Positions 59,101 through 64,000 of a DNA stretch of 64,000 bases are shown here, one piece after another. The stretch's first letter is position 1; every line of letters starts with the position of its first letter. The position numbers and the translations under genes are program-made. This DNA is from Rebecca billardiae RCC1528. Its lineage: Eukaryota > Protista > Haptophyta. The stretch covers positions 1,550,001-1,614,000 of the forward strand of contig OZ251236.1 of assembly GCA_965240325.2 (NCBI GenBank), in the 5' to 3' direction. The notes under the pieces are model-generated. The model saw nothing but the letters and a program-made list of their open reading frames with translations, did no database searches and was not told where the DNA came from.

Positions 59101-62100
59101 CCGAGCTCGCTGCGCCTCGCCGTCGACGCCTCCGCGTCATTCGACCCCGATGCGCCGACGGCCGACGGCGGCGACGGCGGCATGCCGCCGCTGTCGTTCG
59201 CGTGGAGCGTGGCGAACGCGAGCTCGCTCGAGCCGGTGGCTCTCGAGCCGTCCGCGGCGAACGCAAGCGGCGCGCTCTTCGAGCTTGCGCCCGGCACGCT
59301 GCCGCCGGGCGTGTACGCGCTCACCGTGCGCGTGTCCGCGCCCGGCCGCGCGCCCGCGGCCGCGTCGGTGACGGTCGAGGCGGTGCCGGGCGCGGTGCCC
59401 ACGCTCGGCTTCGAGCCGCTCGGGCGGCGCAAGTGGCCGGCGGTGTTCGACCGGAACCCCGAGCGGCTGACTATTAACGCGCGCCTCGACGCCGCCTCGC
59501 GCGCGCTCGAGGCGGCGGGGCAGGCGCGCTTCAGCTACGAGTGGAGCGCGCGGCGCGTGGGCGCGGCCGGCGCGCTCGAGCCCGCCGGTCTCGACCTCGC
59601 GGACAGCGAGCGGGTGACCACGACGGGCGCGGCGCTGCGCACGGTCGCGATCCGCAGCGGCGCGCTCGCGCCCGGTGCGACGTACGCATTCCGCCTTGCC
59701 GTGCTCGGCGGCGCGCAGCCCGCGTACACGGAGGTGCGCGTCACGATCAATCGGCCGCCGTACGGCGGAGGGCTCGAGGTGGCGCCGGCGTCGGGCGTGG
59801 CGCTGCAGACGAGCTTTGCGCTGTACGCGGCGGGGTGGGCGGAGGACGACGAGGAGGACCTGCCGCTGAGCTACGCGTTCTCGCACGCGCCGCTCGGCAC
59901 CGACGCCGTCGCCGCCGTCGCCGCGCTCGGCGCCGCCTCCGCCTCTGCCTCGGCGAGCGCGCTTCTCCCCGCGGGCAACCGCACGCTCACCGTCAGGGTG
60001 GCGGACGCGCTCGGCGGCGCGGCGCACGCGCACGCGGCCGTGGCCGTCGCGCCGCCCGGCGAGGGCGCGGGGCTACTCGACTCGGTGCTCACGCGCGCGT
60101 ACGCCGCGGTCGCGACGGGCGCGGCCGAGACCGCCACGCAGCTCGTGAGCGCCCTCGCCGACGCGCTTGACGCGACGCCCGCGGGCGGCGACAACGCCAC
60201 CGTCGCCTCGGCCACGCTCGCTCAGCTGCTCGAGCTCACGGCGGGCGCGGCGGAGGCGTCCGCGCCGACCGCCGAAGCACGCGCGGCGAGCGCGTCCGCG
60301 CTCGCCGCCGTGCTCGAGGCCGCGCCGCCCGGCGCGTTCGACGCCTCCGCGCAGACCGCGGGCCTCGAGCAGGTCGCCGCCCTCGCGTCGCAGTCGGCCG
60401 CGTCGGGCGTCGACGGACCGACCGCGGCCGCGCTGCTGCGCGCGGCGGACGCGGCGCTCTCCGCCGACACCGACGCCGACGCGCCGCTGAGCGCGGCGGA
60501 GGCGGAGGCCGTGGGCGGAGCGGCGACGAGCGCGGTGGGCGCGCTCGCCATCGCGCTGCTCGCCGGCGCCGTGTCGGGCGAGGCGCCCTTCGAGGCCGTG
60601 GGCAAGGCCATCAACGTGAGCGCGACGCGTGCGGACGCGGGCGCGCTCGGCAACATCACGCTGCCCGGGCCGGGCGGCGCGGGCTCGGTGGGCGTGCCGG
60701 CGAGCGTGTTCGGCGGCGTGCCGCTCGAGCTGCTCGAGGGCGGCGTCGACGTCGTGCTCTGGTCCTCGGCGCGCAACGTGCACGGCGACCCGTCGACGCA
60801 GGCGAACGGCACGGCCGTGGCGTCGGGGCTGGTGACGCCCGTCTTCTCCGTCACGCTCTACTCGGCGTCGGCCGGGCTGGCGCTCACCATCTCCGACCTG
60901 CCGGACGAGGGGCGCGTGCTGATCGAGGTGCCCGGGCTCGAGGGCGCGGGCGGCGCGGGCGAGTGGGGCTGCGTGTGGTGGGACGAGGGCGCGAGCGCGT
61001 GGCTCGACGACGGCTGCGAGACGGTGGTCGCGCGTGCGGACGACGGCTCGCTCGCGCGCTACTGCGCGTGCACGCACCTGACCGACTTTGCGGGCGTGGC
61101 CGTGCCGACGGACGCGGACGCGGCGCGCACCGAGGTGGTCGAGTTCAACATCAACACGCTCTCCCTTGATGACGCCGCTGCAGCCGTCGGCGTCGGCTCC
61201 GGCCCCGTCCTCGCGCGCAACCCGTACATCTTCTGGCTGGTGGTGGCGATGAGTGCCGGCTGCGGACTCAGCGTGGCGCTGTTCGGGGCGCGCGACTTGC
61301 GCGACCACGCGCGGCGCAAGGAGCGCATCCGGCGGCTGCTCGCGAGCGAGGCCGGGCCCGCCGGCGGGCTGCCGGCCTCGCCGGCCTCGCCGGCCAAGCC
61401 CTCTCTCTTCCAGCGCCGCGCGGCCAAGCTCCAGGCGGAGGAGGACGCCCTGTTTGGCGGCTCACCGTGGCGGCCCGCGCCCGCCGACGCGCCCGCCGCC
61501 GTCGGCACGCACAGCCGGCCCGCCTCCTCCTCCGTCCCGGGGCCGCGCTTGGTGGCGCCGGCGGACGGCGGGGACGCGGGCGGGAGCGTGGCTCGCGCGC
61601 CGGCCCCTCTCGCCTCCATCTCGCCCGAGGGCAGCTTCGCACAGCGGCAGCCGCCCCAGCTCTCGCCGCGGCGCGGCAGCGACGGCGCCGCTAGCCGCGG
61701 CGGCGCGGAGGCGCTCGGCTTTGCCGACAGGCTCGAGGCGCGGCTCGACGACCTCGACGACCTGGTGGACGAGACGAAGCGGCGCGCGGCGCTCACGATG
61801 CAGAAGTACGCGCGCGGGCGCAAGGCGCGCGCCCTTGTCGACGAGGCCTCGCCCCAGTTCCGCGAGCGCAAGGCGCGCGCCTCGGACCGCACGCGCGACC
61901 ACTCGCTGACCAAGCTCGTGCGGCTCGTGGGCGAGAGGCTGAGCACAGACCACTCGCTGCTCGGCATCTGGTTCGCCGACCCGGAGGACGCGAAGCGCGC
62001 CGAGCTGGCGCAGATCTTCTGGAACATCGCGATGCTCGGCCTCGTGATCACGTGCATGCTCTACGACGCGAGCGGCGGGCCTCCGGACGCGTCGGCGGCG

Positions 62101-64000
62101 CCGAGCGTCTCGCTGCTGAGCGCGGTGCTCACGGCGCTTCTCACCGCGGCCCTCTCGTTCCCCGCGCTCGCGCTCTTCCGGCTGCTCTTCCGCTGGGGGT
62201 ACGGCCGGCGCTCGGCGCCGCTCTCGAAGCGCGTGTTCGCCACGTTCCTCCGCGCCGAGCTCGCGCAGCGCGAGCGCGAGCGCGCGCCCTTCTCCACCGC
62301 CGTCAAGACGAGCGTGCGCACCGGCGCGTACCTGCGGCCCGCGCTGCCGCGCACCAACTCGGACCGGCGCGGCGACGGCGGCGCGCTGCGCGCCGCCGCG
62401 CCCGCCGACCTCGAGCTCGCGCGCGAGTTCGCGCGGCGCGCGTCGATCGAGGCGGAGCGCTCCTCCATGCCGAGCATGCCCGGGCTCGCGCCGGTCACGC
62501 TGCCCGGCATGCCCGGCCGCTCGTCGCCGCGCGCCAAGCCGCGGCCGCCGCCGGCGGCGGGCATGACGGTGCGCCGGCCGGGCGGGCCCCGCGCCACCGG
62601 CCAGCTGCCGCCGAGCATGGCAGCGTCGATGGCGGCGACGGCGGCGGTGGCGGCGGCGGCGGGCGCTTCGGAGGGCGAGCGCACCGACGCGCCCGCCGCG
62701 GCCACGGCCGCCAAGCCGGGCAGCCTCTTCGCGCCGCGGGCGGTGGCCGTGCCGAGTGCCGACGCGTTCAAGCAGGCGCGAGTCACGCCCGTGCCCACCG
62801 CGGGCGCGCTCGACCCCGGCTCGTTCGGCCGGCACAGGAAGTCGGACGAGGACGAGTTCGAGGCGAGCGGCAGCTTCAACCAAGCGTCGTCCGAGCGCGC
62901 CGCCCGGCGCGCGGTCGCCGCGTCGCTCAGCGTCTCGCTCCGGGGCACGAGCGCGCACGCGGAGGCGGAGCGCGTGGCCGCGGCCGAGCCGCCGTCCGCG
63001 CTCGGCCTCGTGCGCGACTTTGCCGACGTGGCGTCGAACCGTCACGGCCGCTCGCCGCACCCCGGCTCGCCGCCGCTGAGGCGCGATGACGCGCCGCTCA
63101 CGCCCAGCGGCCTCGCGGGTCAGCGCCGCCCGCACTCGCGCCCCTCCTCGGCATCGTGCGCCGCCATCTCCGCCGCGTCCACCCCGCGTGCGAGCGCAGC
63201 AGACGGCGAGGAGGCGGGTGCGACCGAGGAGGCGGAGGCGGCGATGCGCACGAGCATTAGCGAGGTGCTGCCCACGCCCCCGCCTAGCCCGCCGCCGCCG
63301 GGCGGTCCGGCGTTCTCGTTCAAGACGGGGCAGGTCCCCGCGCCCACCGACCTGCCGCCCGCCGCCGGTCCCGCCGCCGCTGCTGCGGAGGAGGAGGCGG
63401 AGGGCGGCGGTCTGGACGAGCAGACGGTCGCGCTGCTCAAGCTCAAGTTCGAGGCGTTCGACGCGGACGACAACGGCTCGGTGGACGGCACCGAGTTCGG
63501 CGCGCTGCTCGAGTCGCTCGGCTTCCGGCTGCGCCCGCGCCGCGTCAAGCAGCTCGCCTCGGAGCTGGACACCAACGGCAACGGGCTGATCGGCTTCGAC
63601 GAGCTGTGCGACTGGTACGAGAGGATGGTCGCGGACGAGGCCGCAAAGGAGGCGCGCCGCGCGGCGGGCTGGCAAGGCCGCGTGCGCCGCGTGCTGCGCA
63701 GGCTGACGCCGCCGCCACTCGTCAAGCTCTTGCTCGCGTGGCTGGCGATGTGGGCCATCTTCGTCGTGCTCGCGCTGCTCGCGGTCGCGTACGCGCTCAC
63801 GTTTGGCGCGCAGCAGACGCGCTGGCTCCTCTTCAGCTGGACGTTCGCCGAGGTGCAGACGCTCGGGCTGGAGGAGCCGGTCATCATCGCGATCACCGTG
63901 CTCGCGCCCATCCTCTTCGACCGGCTGCTCTCGCAGGGCGGCGCGACGGGCGAGGCGATCAACGAGCTGCTCGCGACGACCGTCGCGACGGCCGTCACCG
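47119..64000 (+). CDS. Giant polycystin-1-like surface receptor, copy 3 (head type B), 3'-truncated by the window; stop predicted at ~64023 (~5634 aa)
   Basis: Absent from the ORF track because its stop lies outside the window. Colinear with copy 2 with offsets 17694, 17445 and 17448, all differing by multiples of 3. The window ends at ...ELLATTVATAVT. Confidence 0.87.
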   Translation, partial: MRVPQPVLLAAVLLAALPATRAQTSPPPSPPPSPPPSPTAVVLGQTKISATQGGLAQALQDGDEFGTAVASLGDVDGDGVPDAFVGAPWDAINANIGGAGYVLLMNAEGTVKAETRIAEQEGGFTESFSGQAHFIGGSAAGLGDLDGDGVPDMLMAQGDKAGSTIWTLFLNTDGTVKSYVKIAPGEGDLADLGTDKFGNTVAVLGDVDGDGVVDALVGAGRRDTQSAFVLFLRTDGSAKGYQEISEAAGGLAASPFVNGTWGNAVCAAGDVNGDGIPDAAVGDEKYEDGGLKYGALYVLMLHRNGTVKAEAFISKDELSLLAAGHKLGSACEGLGDLDGDGVPDLAVGAKEAGSGEQGGVFILNLNSDGSVKASAEISQGVGGLSASGLDELDQFGSGLGFLGDLDGDGSPELMVGARWDDDGFDKAGAVYVLTLATPPSSPKPPPSPPPSSPPPSPPPSPPPSPPPPSPPPSPPPSPPPPKAPPSPPPSPPPTPPPSPPPSPPPSPSPPKPPPSPPPSPPPSPPPSPPPSPPPSPPPSPPPSPPPSPPPPKPPPSPPPSPPPSPPPSPPPSPPPSPSPPKPPPSPPPSPPPTPPPSPPPSPPPNPSPPSPPPSPPPSPPPSPPPSPPPSPPPSPPPPSPPPSPPPSPPPSPPPSPPPSPPPSPPPSPPPSPPPSPPPPSPPPSPPPSPPPSPPPSPPPPSPPPSPPPSPPPSPPPSPPPPTPPPSPPPTPPPSPPPSPPPPSPPPSPPPAPPPSPPPSPPPPSPPPSPPPSPPPSPPPSPPPSPPPSPPPSPPPSPPPPSPPPSPPPSPPPSPPPSPPPPSLPPSPPPSPPPSPPPSPPPPSPPPSPPPSPPPSPPPSPPPPSPPPSPPPSPPPSPPPSPPPPSPPPSPPPSPPPSPPPSPPPSPPPSPPPSPPPSPPPSPPPSPPPSPPPSPPPSPPPSPPPSPPPSPPPPSPPPSPPPSPPPSPPPSPPPPSPPPSPPPSPPPSPPPSPPPPTPPPSPPPTPPPSPPPSPPPPSPPPSPPPAPPPSPPPSPPPPSPPPSPPPSPPPSPPPSPPPSPPPSPPPSPPPSPPPPSPPPSPPPSPPPSPPPSPPPPSPPPSPPPSPPPSPPPSPPPPSPPPSPPPSPPPSPPPSPPPPSPPPSPPPSPPPSPPPSPPPPSPPPSPPPSPPPSPPPSPPPSPPPSPPPSPPPSPPPSPPPSPPPSPPPSPPPSPPPSPPPSPPPSPPPPSPPPSPPPSPPPSPPPSPPPPSPPPSPPPSPPPSPPPSPPPPTPPPSPPPTPPPSPPPSPPPPSPPPSPPPAPPPSPPPSPPPPSPPPSPPPSPPPSPPPPSPPPSPPPSPPPSPPPSPPPPSPPPSPPPSPPPSPPPSPPPSPPPSPPPSPPPSPPPSPPPSPPPSPPPSPPPPSPPPSPPPSPPPSPPPSPPPPSPPPSPPPSPPPSPPPSPPPPTPPPSPPPTPPPSPPPSPPPPSPPPSPPPAPPPSPPPSPPPPSPPPSPPPSPPPSPPPSPPPSPPPSPPPSPPPSPPPPSPPPSPPPSPPPSPPPSPPPPSPPPSPPPRPPPSPPPSPPPPSPPPSPPPSPPPSPPPSPPPPSPPPSPPPSPPPSPPPSPPPPSPPPSPPPSPPPSPPPSPPPSPPPSPPPSPPPSPPPSPPPSPPPSPPPSPPPSPPPSPPPSPPPSPPPPSSPPSPPPSPPPSPPPSPPPPIPPPSPPPSPPPSPPPSPPPPTPPPSPPPTPPPFPPPSPPPPSPPPSPPPAPPPSPPPSPPPPLPPPSPPPSPPPSPPPSPPPSPPPSPPPSPPPSPPPPSPPPSPPPSPPPSPPPSPPPPSPPPSPPPSPPPSPPPSPPPPSPPPSPPPSPPPSPPPSPPPPSPPPSPPPSPPPSPPPSPPPPSPPPSPPPSPPPSPPPSPPPPSPPPSPPPTPPPSPPPSPPPPSPPPSPPPSPPPSPPPSPPPPSPPPSPPPSPPPSPPPSPPPPSPPPSPPPSPPPSPPPSPPPPSSPPSPPPSPPPTPPPSPPPPSPPPSPPPTPPPSPPPSPPPPSPPPSPPPSPPPSPPPSPPPPSPPPSPPPTPPPSPPPSPPPPSPPPSPPPSPPPSPPPSPPPPSPPPSPPPSPPPSPPPSPPPPSPPPSPPPSPPPSPPPSPPPPSPPPSPPPSPPPSPPPSPPPPSPPPSPPPSPPPSPPPSPPPPSPPPSPPPSPPPSPPPSPPPPSPPPSPPPTPPPSPPPSPPPPSPPPIPPPSPPPAPPPSPPPPSPPPSPPPSPPPSPPPSPPPPSPPPSPPPAPPPSPPPPSPPPSPPPSPPPSPPPSPPPPSPPPSPPPSPPPNPPPSPPPSPPPSPPPAPPPSPPPPSPPPSPPPSPPPSPPPSPPPPSPPPSPPPSPPPVPPPSPPPPSPPPSPPPISPPSPPPSPPPPSPPPSPPPASPPAPPPSPPPPSPPPTPPPSPPPSPPPSPPPPGAPPSPPPSTPPLHPPAPPPSPPPSPPPSPPPQPPPPLPPPSPPPSPPPNPPPSPPPPSPPPAPPPAPPPQPPPSPPPPGLPPSPPPSPPPAPPPRPPPPSPPPNPPPSPPPSPPPNPPPPSPPPSPPPSPPPTPPPPGPPPSPPPAPPPQAPPPPPPTPPPSPPPSPPPSPPPLPPPPSPPRPPPFVPPPLPPSASPPPSAPPPSAPPSPPPLSPPPSPPGSSSYLGLTLDAEPSAYGTQAAQRALADGLASAAAIPAEWVGVVSVSAASVRVVLRVFQPSDPAAPDAAAALQALSAEGLGASLGVGVLVTPEPLVAGCSEPGAANYEPGVEVDDGSCVAHSPPPPASPPSAPPSPPPASPPPSPPPSPPPSPPPPSPPPLLPPPPRVAPFPPPSPPSPPPAPPPSPPPSPPPGAPPAPPPSAPPSAPPSEPPSAPPPAPPPSSPPQPPPRPPPRPPPPSPPPALPPPPRAEPFPPPAPPSPPPRPPPPRPPPSPPPSPPPLPPPPPPGTPPASPPSPPPPPPPHAPPLLPPSPPPSPPPMPPLPSLPPSPPPRPPPPSAPPSPPPPPRTEPFPPPAPPSPPPSPPPSPPPPSPPPSPPPSPPPSPPSPPPLPPPRDPPSAPPSAPPTPPPSPSPRPPPGAPPSSPPMPPPNLPPHAPPPHPPPSPPPGTPPPMPPPSPPPTPPPPSPPPSLPPPPRTEPFPPPAPPSPPPNPPPSPPPQSPPPSPSPPSSPSPPSPPPPPPPTTPPSEPPTTPPAPPPTPPPPPPPPAPPPRPPPVPPTPPPPPRTEPFPPPAPPSPPPSPPPSPPPSSPPPPPPSPPPSPPPGPPPHPPPSSPPPLPPPSPPPPPPPAIRVSVLGGSREGAPLGSDDAALELEGAGFDSLAGGAFGEIQCAFTRADGGGDGGGPLLSGATVLSDARLRCAMPAAASSGAPSAAGAYTVGLALGAVGASTDVDVSGLFGPVSFELYDMAAVSVLELRPPGGPVGGGTAVTLVGSGFAEYGEGQLCCVLGGGGCAAAATLLPPSAAAPTLSRARCVLPPPLGGAAGSVALELSLGGGSADSTTASALPFLAYDPPTLGSVSPASGDANGGTEVTIGGAGFDALAGGALLAVRFGDAPAQPPARVTAGEVVVSTRYGAAGRAQLRVSLNGQQFTPAAAATPPPAGALAFTFVGLHAPVLEGVAFNGAATLMVLRFDAQPTDRAGMGSGMGECSRVLDDDTVALVGGGAAAAAAAPPQCYWTDDSTLVARLSSATLVRAGSEVGVRAGALRPEQCGTPCAAALASAAARAAIDADAPCGEGVPCPTPVAAVSGPAVLSACPGASLALDGSASSRGGIGPAAFEWRVDPSRSARAASLNARLSALPARTPQLSLGGPGAASPTELGVSGSFVFVLRVTSFLGVPSAPAEWPVSRGDGASPILAIDGAPELRARASEPTLLSGRAELAPCWPPSFEPAMVFSWALEGAAQVGGGANASSSASAGELAAATDVLLARLASARTAVLQLPPHSLAAGWAYDLALTARMAAAPAQASTARVRVRVARQPLRAVIAGGDRRVPSSLRLAVDASASFDPDAPTADGGDGGMPPLSFAWSVANASSLEPVALEPSAANASGALFELAPGTLPPGVYALTVRVSAPGRAPAAASVTVEAVPGAVPTLGFEPLGRRKWPAVFDRNPERLTINARLDAASRALEAAGQARFSYEWSARRVGAAGALEPAGLDLADSERVTTTGAALRTVAIRSGALAPGATYAFRLAVLGGAQPAYTEVRVTINRPPYGGGLEVAPASGVALQTSFALYAAGWAEDDEEDLPLSYAFSHAPLGTDAVAAVAALGAASASASASALLPAGNRTLTVRVADALGGAAHAHAAVAVAPPGEGAGLLDSVLTRAYAAVATGAAETATQLVSALADALDATPAGGDNATVASATLAQLLELTAGAAEASAPTAEARAASASALAAVLEAAPPGAFDASAQTAGLEQVAALASQSAASGVDGPTAAALLRAADAALSADTDADAPLSAAEAEAVGGAATSAVGALAIALLAGAVSGEAPFEAVGKAINVSATRADAGALGNITLPGPGGAGSVGVPASVFGGVPLELLEGGVDVVLWSSARNVHGDPSTQANGTAVASGLVTPVFSVTLYSASAGLALTISDLPDEGRVLIEVPGLEGAGGAGEWGCVWWDEGASAWLDDGCETVVARADDGSLARYCACTHLTDFAGVAVPTDADAARTEVVEFNINTLSLDDAAAAVGVGSGPVLARNPYIFWLVVAMSAGCGLSVALFGARDLRDHARRKERIRRLLASEAGPAGGLPASPASPAKPSLFQRRAAKLQAEEDALFGGSPWRPAPADAPAAVGTHSRPASSSVPGPRLVAPADGGDAGGSVARAPAPLASISPEGSFAQRQPPQLSPRRGSDGAASRGGAEALGFADRLEARLDDLDDLVDETKRRAALTMQKYARGRKARALVDEASPQFRERKARASDRTRDHSLTKLVRLVGERLSTDHSLLGIWFADPEDAKRAELAQIFWNIAMLGLVITCMLYDASGGPPDASAAPSVSLLSAVLTALLTAALSFPALALFRLLFRWGYGRRSAPLSKRVFATFLRAELAQRERERAPFSTAVKTSVRTGAYLRPALPRTNSDRRGDGGALRAAAPADLELAREFARRASIEAERSSMPSMPGLAPVTLPGMPGRSSPRAKPRPPPAAGMTVRRPGGPRATGQLPPSMAASMAATAAVAAAAGASEGERTDAPAAATAAKPGSLFAPRAVAVPSADAFKQARVTPVPTAGALDPGSFGRHRKSDEDEFEASGSFNQASSERAARRAVAASLSVSLRGTSAHAEAERVAAAEPPSALGLVRDFADVASNRHGRSPHPGSPPLRRDDAPLTPSGLAGQRRPHSRPSSASCAAISAASTPRASAADGEEAGATEEAEAAMRTSISEVLPTPPPSPPPPGGPAFSFKTGQVPAPTDLPPAAGPAAAAAEEEAEGGGLDEQTVALLKLKFEAFDADDNGSVDGTEFGALLESLGFRLRPRRVKQLASELDTNGNGLIGFDELCDWYERMVADEAAKEARRAAGWQGRVRRVLRRLTPPPLVKLLLAWLAMWAIFVVLALLAVAYALTFGAQQTRWLLFSWTFAEVQTLGLEEPVIIAITVLAPILFDRLLSQGGATGEAINELLATTVATAVT
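48430..55098 (+). repeat. Extensin-like shaft of copy 3 (~2223 codons)
   Basis: Marker gcctgcccct at 49365, 50187, 51009, 51534 and 52356 (spacings 822, 822, 525, 822), i.e. 249 bp shorter than copy 2 in the third unit. Confidence 0.93.

Larger units (their letters stand above)
14326..64000 (+). repeat. Tandem segmental repeat, period ~17.4-17.7 kb, about three units
   Basis: Near-identical sequence and spurious-ORF patterns recur at +17664/+17661 and +17445/+17448. Intergenic spacers 28915-29424 and 46576-47118 are also duplicated. Confidence 0.95.

Noticed and set aside
28915-64000. Whole array being a pure assembly duplication
   Set aside because: Copies carry distinct SNPs, in-frame indels, different shaft lengths and spacer indels. 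Considered unlikely, but not excluded without spanning reads.

Overview
Very GC-rich eukaryotic genomic DNA with GT-AG introns and short intergenic gaps. An algal or protist origin such as a haptophyte is an inference from composition and gene content only. The first 12 kb holds four genes: the 3' part of a UBR1/PRT6-type N-recognin E3 ligase with two introns, a small lectin-like membrane protein with an IQ motif, a membrane-anchored PhoD-family protein whose metal-binding motifs are degenerate, and a divergently transcribed PLMT/OPI3-type phospholipid methyltransferase. The remaining ~51 kb is a head-to-tail array of three giant (5,300-5,700 aa) uninterrupted ORFs encoding polycystin-1-like surface receptors. 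Their architecture is: signal peptide, six FG-GAP Ca-binding repeats, a ~1,900-2,300 aa extensin-like (SPPP)n shaft, a SEA-like module plus GCxxPxAxNY...DDGSC motif, a second Pro-rich shaft, three IPT/TIG domains, REJ, GAIN/GPS (HL/T), and five TM helices with a cytosolic IQ motif and an EF-hand pair. No PLAT or channel domain is visible. Copy 1 has a different head from copies 2 and 3, while all three tails are nearly identical. Diagnostic SNPs indicate copy 2 is a chimera (head and shaft of copy 3, tail of copy 1), as expected from unequal crossing-over. All domain calls come from motif recognition by eye, not from database searches.
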